Below are positions 59,480 to 64,000 of a DNA stretch of 64,000 nt, one piece after another. Every line of letters starts with the position of its first letter. The stretch's first letter is position 1. The notes beneath the pieces are model-generated. The model had not been told where the DNA came from and made no database searches. It saw only the letters and a list, made by a program, of their open reading frames with translations. The stretch comes from a virus. Both the position numbers and the translations under genes were made by a program. The DNA lies in the IMG/VR virus record IMGVR_UViG_3300025012_000045, positions 36,075 to 100,074 of that record; one strand, 5' to 3'.

Positions 59480-60178
59480 ATGAAAGACCAAATATCCAGA
59501 ATGAAGGAATTAATAAATTATAATATTAATTATGGTTATATTAATGAAGAAATGATAACTTCTGATAATTTTAAAAATAATAATTTTATAAAACAAAAAG
59601 AAATTAGATCTGTTATATTAGAAGTTGGAATTGATCCAGAAAATGAAAAAGAATATAGAATAGTTTTAATATTATCTTTTACAAATAAAGGTGGGTATGA
59701 AGAACTTGTATTTGCCTTTTCATTATTAGATAAAGATAATCAGTTTGTAAAAGGAAAAGAAAGTATTTATAATAGAGAAGAAGTAAATAAATATTTACCA
59801 AAAGAATTACAAAAAAGTATTATTTTCTTTGGTAAACTAAAAGAAATGTTTAAAAAATTAATAACAATGGAAAAACCAATCAGATTCTTCATTGAAACAT
59901 ATGAAGATTATAAAAATGAAAAATTAATAAACGCATATGGGCCAATTATTGATTTAATATTGAAAAATGGATATATGTTAAAAGATAAAGGAATAACACA
60001 TGATAAAAAGAAATATTTCTGGGAATTTATTCAAGCAACCAAACAAACACTGCCAGAAGGATATGAACCATTTGATATTTCAAAAGTTAAAAAAGATGAC
60101 GCATATTGGCAACATAGAAAAGAACTTACAATGGAAGCAGTTAGACTGATGTTAGAGAGTGAGAAAAAAGTTATTTAA
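59480..60178 (+). CDS. leader-bearing hypothetical protein, paralog of 18506
   Basis: QISRMKELINYNINYGYINEE identical leader; TATTTATA 59466. Confidence 0.8.
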   Translation: MKDQISRMKELINYNINYGYINEEMITSDNFKNNNFIKQKEIRSVILEVGIDPENEKEYRIVLILSFTNKGGYEELVFAFSLLDKDNQFVKGKESIYNREEVNKYLPKELQKSIIFFGKLKEMFKKLITMEKPIRFFIETYEDYKNEKLINAYGPIIDLILKNGYMLKDKGITHDKKKYFWEFIQATKQTLPEGYEPFDISKVKKDDAYWQHRKELTMEAVRLMLESEKKVI

Positions 60179-60188
60179 AATATATAAT

Positions 60189-60845
60189 ATGAAAAAACAA
60201 TGTACTAAATGTAAAATTGAGAAACCATTAAGTGAGTTTTATAAAAATAAAAAAATGAACTTAGGGGTTAGATCTTGGTGTAAAGATTGTCATAAAGAAA
60301 GTAATAAAAAATGGAGGTTAAATAATCCAGAGAAAGTTAAAGAAATTAAAAAAAATTATAGGTTAAATAATCCAGAGAAAGTTAAAGAAATTAAAAAAAA
60401 TTATAGGTTAAATAATCCAGATTATTATAAAAATTGGAAATTAAATAATCCAGATTATAAAAAAAATTATAAAAAAAATTATGATAAAGAAAGAAAGAAA
60501 ACTGATCCATTATTTAAACTTTCTTGTAAAATAAGAGAGATGATTCATAGAGTTTTAAAATTGAGCGGGGAAAAGAAAAATGATTGCTCAATTAAATTAA
60601 TTGGTTTTACCCAAAAACAATTAAAAGACCATCTTGAGAATAAATTTAAACCAGAAATGAACTGGGAAAATCATGGAACATATTGGGAAATTGATCATAT
60701 AGTCCCAGTGAGTTGGTTTATTGAAAACAGTATAAAAAATCCTAAAATAATAAACTCCCTAACAAATTTACAACCTCTAACAGTTGAAGAAAATGGACAG
60801 AAAGGCGATAAATGCATTAATCAATATTTTAATTTAAATATTTAA
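60189..60845 (+). CDS. HNH homing endonuclease with LNNPEKVKE repeats
   Basis: CTKC..CKDC, NWENHG.YWEIDHI.P...NLQPL. Confidence 0.85.
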   Translation: MKKQCTKCKIEKPLSEFYKNKKMNLGVRSWCKDCHKESNKKWRLNNPEKVKEIKKNYRLNNPEKVKEIKKNYRLNNPDYYKNWKLNNPDYKKNYKKNYDKERKKTDPLFKLSCKIREMIHRVLKLSGEKKNDCSIKLIGFTQKQLKDHLENKFKPEMNWENHGTYWEIDHIVPVSWFIENSIKNPKIINSLTNLQPLTVEENGQKGDKCINQYFNLNI

Positions 60846-61048
60846 ATAAAGCTTATAAAATTTTTTATATTTTAAGTTAAGTAATTCAAGTTAATTAATC
60901 ACAAAAATATGTATAATATTTGTAAAAATCAACCCTCTCCCGATGATTTTTTAAAAAATAATTAGGGGTTTACTGGGTATTGTAATAAAAACGGATATTC
61001 AATTTCAAAAAGATTAAGAGTTTTAATTAAAAAAGATATTGGAAAATT

Positions 61049-61444
61049 ATGATTGATGAACTTAAAAATATAACAGATAAAGATGGCTCATTAACCCCTA
61101 TTGAATTTAAAGATTTATCTTTTATTCCAAAAAGAATATTTTATGTTACCAATGTTCCAATAAATGAACTTAGGGGACAGCATGCTCATTTTGAAACCCA
61201 GCAATTATTAATATGTATTAAAGGGGTTATCGGAGTTAAATTACATGATGGCAACGCTTTAAAACAATATGTGATTAAAGAAGGTGAATCAATATTTGTT
61301 GATAAAATGATTTGGGATTCCCAATCGTTTTTAACAGGTAATGATATTTTATTGGTAATATGTAATACAGAATATGACAGAAAAGATTATATTGAAGATT
61401 TTGAAGAATTTAAAAAATTAAAAAATCAAATTTCCAATTCATAA
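61049..61444 (+). CDS. FdtA/QdtA-family sugar 3,4-ketoisomerase (cupin)
   Basis: G.L...E....F.PKRIFY...RG.HAH....Q...C..G...Y...DYI. Confidence 0.9.
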   Translation: MIDELKNITDKDGSLTPIEFKDLSFIPKRIFYVTNVPINELRGQHAHFETQQLLICIKGVIGVKLHDGNALKQYVIKEGESIFVDKMIWDSQSFLTGNDILLVICNTEYDRKDYIEDFEEFKKLKNQISNS

Positions 61445-62148
61445 AAATAAATTGAATCACCCTTATTATTTTCTTTATGTATTAAGCAATCGATATATGT
61501 TATGGAAGTACTATCATCCTTTTTAATAGTTTCAATATTTTCAATGTTAGTATGACCAACAATCTGATGATAATCTGGCAATGGATCTTTTGACGTTTCA
61601 TTTTTGTCTGCCCAGAGAATACCACCAACATCCATAATTCCTCCTCTTGATGAGCCAACGTCAAATAAAGATTGTTTATTATATTGGTATAATCCATTTA
61701 ATTGGTCAGCAATTGTTTCATTTTCTAAATCACACATAGATATTTGACGTTTTGCTGAATATTTATACCACTCTTCACTAATTCCAGCATGTGTCCATAG
61801 ATAGTTATCTATTTGATAAGCAACTTGAAATAAATTTTTATTTTTTCTGAATATGTCTTGAAAATCCCATAGCATTTCTGGTCTAAACCCAGAACATCTT
61901 TGATTTGGATTTCCACTGATATATTGTTGGTCATGATTACCGATTAATAAAATTACTTTATCCATATTATCCTTTTTAAATTGGATAATATCCAATAAAT
62001 TATGTTTCATAATAATATTGGAAACAGTAAAACTGTCAACATAATCCCCGATAAATATAATCTTATCGTAGTTATTTGGATTTATATTTTTCCAAATATC
62101 ACTACCATGAAGATCGCCACAAGTAATACTTTTAATTTTATTTTTCAT
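61426..62148 (-). CDS. calcineurin-like metallophosphoesterase
   Basis: GDLHG, GDYVD, GNHD, THAG, QIVGHT. Confidence 0.9.
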   Translation of the reverse strand: MKNKIKSITCGDLHGSDIWKNINPNNYDKIIFIGDYVDSFTVSNIIMKHNLLDIIQFKKDNMDKVILLIGNHDQQYISGNPNQRCSGFRPEMLWDFQDIFRKNKNLFQVAYQIDNYLWTHAGISEEWYKYSAKRQISMCDLENETIADQLNGLYQYNKQSLFDVGSSRGGIMDVGGILWADKNETSKDPLPDYHQIVGHTNIENIETIKKDDSTSITYIDCLIHKENNKGDSIYFYELEI

Positions 62149-62181
62149 ATTAATTTTTAATTTAACATTTATAAACAATAT

Positions 62182-62370
62182 TTATTCTTTTATTTCTTTG
62201 TAATGTTTTTTTAAACATAAATTACAAATTTCAATTTGTTCTGGTACGTCATCAATCCACATTGTAATAATTCCACTTGTATTATGTTTATTACAATGAC
62301 TACAATTTATTGTTCCCCATCCACCAACAATAACTTTTGGTTTATTGGATATTTGTTTTTCAGTTTTCAT
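62182..62370 (-). CDS. small zinc-binding protein
   Basis: CSHC...CNLC. Confidence 0.55.
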   Translation of the reverse strand: MKTEKQISNKPKVIVGGWGTINCSHCNKHNTSGIITMWIDDVPEQIEICNLCLKKHYKEIKE

Positions 62371-62401
62371 AATTTTTAAGTTTTTAAATTATTTAATAAA
62401 A

Positions 62402-63838
62402 TTATAGTTTAAAAAATTCAGGTTCGTTTATTGCTTTTATTGTAAGTTTACTTCCAAGTTCTGTTAAACATTCATGATATGAATGTTCATAATGTAACCC
62501 CTCACTGTGCCCAAGTTCGTGTATGATAAGGTCCAACATTTCCTGTTTGATAATATCATTATTATCTGAATTCCATAAAGTTGAACTGATATGTGCAACA
62601 TTAAATCTTAATTGATTTGATTGATTATTATAATCAGCTCTTACTGTTGCATCTGGAGAATCATAGAATGAAACCTTAATATTCAGATTGAGTATTTCAT
62701 ACGCAACTTTTATAGAGAAATCAGCAATTCTTTTTTGTTTTTCATTGGGAGTTACAGATTTTCCTTCTGCTATTCCTGTTTTAAACATTGATGATGTGCT
62801 TACAAGTAAATCATCATTTTTAACTGTCAGCCATTCTTCTTTGCTCATTTCAGATCCATAAACAACATTGAAATTATTACTTATGGCTTCGTCCATGCTT
62901 CTTTTATCCATTGGATTTGCTATAAGAGATTTTTCTCCATATCTTTTTGTTATAACTTCTTTCCTTGTTTCTTTTTGTGCTCTATCAGATGTAAATCCAT
63001 CTCTGACCCATAGTGCACTACTTTGTTCTGGAGTTATTTCATTAATCATTTTGTTTAATACTTCACCATACAAAGTTTTTAAATATTTTGTATCTATTTT
63101 GTCTCTATCATTGGAAAGTGGTACTTTTTGTTGAACATCAATGGAATAATCACAATCTATTTCACAAACAGGAATGCCCATTTCATAAACATAAGGGCCA
63201 AGCAAACCTTTATGAATATGAACTTCAGTTTCTCTTGTAACTATTTTCATTTTATCATTTTCTTTTATTTCTGTTGGTAGTTTAGTAATAAAAGTTTTAT
63301 AAGGATTTCTGTATGGTAGTTTTACTTTATAATCTTCTGCGTTAACATTTATTTTAATATTTTGTGGAACTAAAATATCTAAACAGTAATCTCTACATTC
63401 ATTAAATTCATCTTTTGTCATATTTACAACAACATAAACTACACTTCCTTTTTCTCTCTTTTTTCTTAAAGTAGTTCTTTTCCCTTTTAACATATTAAAT
63501 TCTATACCACCAGTTGTGGTAACAATTCGTGCATAATCAACCAAACAAAGAACCTGTTTTTCCCCAAAGTTGAATCTTCCTCTTTTCTTAATATCGGTTC
63601 TTTTGTATGTATCTTTAAATAAAGTATATGCATCTGATAAATCTCTAAAACCAGTGGGGGAATCATCTTGAACAGTTATATGTGCCTTTCCATATTGATG
63701 AGACATATCAATATTACAAGTGGTGATATTTTCGTCCATTGCATTTTGTAGCAATTCACGAATAATAAACCACTTAGGTTTTCCTTCTTGTAATTGTCTT
63801 AATCCCTTTACATCAACTTCAAAAATTTGATTTTTCAT
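62402..63838 (-). CDS. GHKL-type ATPase with C-terminal HExxH domain
   Basis: RELLQNAMD, DD...GF, RGRF..G.K; IHELGH...H. Confidence 0.75.
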   Translation of the reverse strand: MKNQIFEVDVKGLRQLQEGKPKWFIIRELLQNAMDENITTCNIDMSHQYGKAHITVQDDSPTGFRDLSDAYTLFKDTYKRTDIKKRGRFNFGEKQVLCLVDYARIVTTTGGIEFNMLKGKRTTLRKKREKGSVVYVVVNMTKDEFNECRDYCLDILVPQNIKINVNAEDYKVKLPYRNPYKTFITKLPTEIKENDKMKIVTRETEVHIHKGLLGPYVYEMGIPVCEIDCDYSIDVQQKVPLSNDRDKIDTKYLKTLYGEVLNKMINEITPEQSSALWVRDGFTSDRAQKETRKEVITKRYGEKSLIANPMDKRSMDEAISNNFNVVYGSEMSKEEWLTVKNDDLLVSTSSMFKTGIAEGKSVTPNEKQKRIADFSIKVAYEILNLNIKVSFYDSPDATVRADYNNQSNQLRFNVAHISSTLWNSDNNDIIKQEMLDLIIHELGHSEGLHYEHSYHECLTELGSKLTIKAINEPEFFKL

Positions 63839-63873
63839 GGTTGTAAATATTAGTTAATAATTTGATTTCACAC

Positions 63874-63906
63874 TACAAAAATAAGTAAAATAAATGACAT
63901 TTCCAA
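63874..63906 (-). promoter_or_regulatory. Bacteroidota-type (early) promoter
   Basis: TTGGAAATGTCA...TTTTACTTATTTTTGTA on minus. Confidence 0.65.
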
Positions 63907-64000
63907 ATAAAAAATTAATTATTTTTAATCTACTGGTGAGAAAAAATCTGCATTATCAGATGCTTCACTTCTTAATAGATCAACATATTTTCTATCTTCA

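Noticed and set aside
4506-60845. Eukaryotic giant-virus origin (KYG-repeat and HNH families also occur there)
   Set aside because: Operonic overlaps, Bacteroidota-type promoters, intrinsic terminators, lipoproteins and a tape-measure-like gene point to a bacteriophage.
2169-63134. Many antisense/alternate-frame ORFs in the track (e.g. 2478, 3084, 4623, 15920, 22282, 34694, 47733, 62868)
   Set aside because: Shadows of well-supported genes with F/I/L/S-biased composition and no motifs; only the 40765/55093 pair has independent conservation.
1-64000. Genome-wide stop-codon reassignment (TAG or TGA)
   Set aside because: Long genes are intact in the standard code and several end naturally in TAG or TGA; only one or two isolated in-frame TAGs were seen.
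1-64000. tRNA, rRNA or group I/II introns
   Set aside because: No cloverleaf, rRNA-like or intron-core sequence recognised by eye; weak cases could be missed without a covariance search.

Overview
Very AT-rich, gene-dense segment that reads as part of a jumbo/huge tailed-phage genome in the standard genetic code. The host is most likely Bacteroidota: TAnnTTTG-type promoters recur and start contexts are A-rich without Shine-Dalgarno sites. Contents: a tape-measure-like gene and LamG/BppU-like structural genes; at least 8 homing-endonuclease-type genes; a TnpB-only IS200/605-like element; an intein-containing glycosyltransferase broken by a T11 tract; a dispersed sugar/glycan pathway of about 10 genes; two DNA methyltransferases; RNA ligase, MazG, macrodomain, metallophosphoesterase and a GHKL ATPase; and a host-like island ending in an attC-like palindrome. 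The strongest candidate new system is a set of about 14 otherwise unrelated proteins (ART-like, WYL, ParB, HExxH, OmpA-like, DUF3293-, DUF3008- and DUF29-like). They share short portable helical leaders (E[EQ][IL]xR[MI][KR]EL(SG|INY) or IRLTES[QE]L) that end in [ILV]-x-E sites, which I infer to be a capsid-targeting and prohead-protease-released effector cargo system. A second novelty is a portable promoter plus dual-frame leader cassette fused to two unrelated endonucleases. All family calls come from motif recognition by eye; no searches were run.
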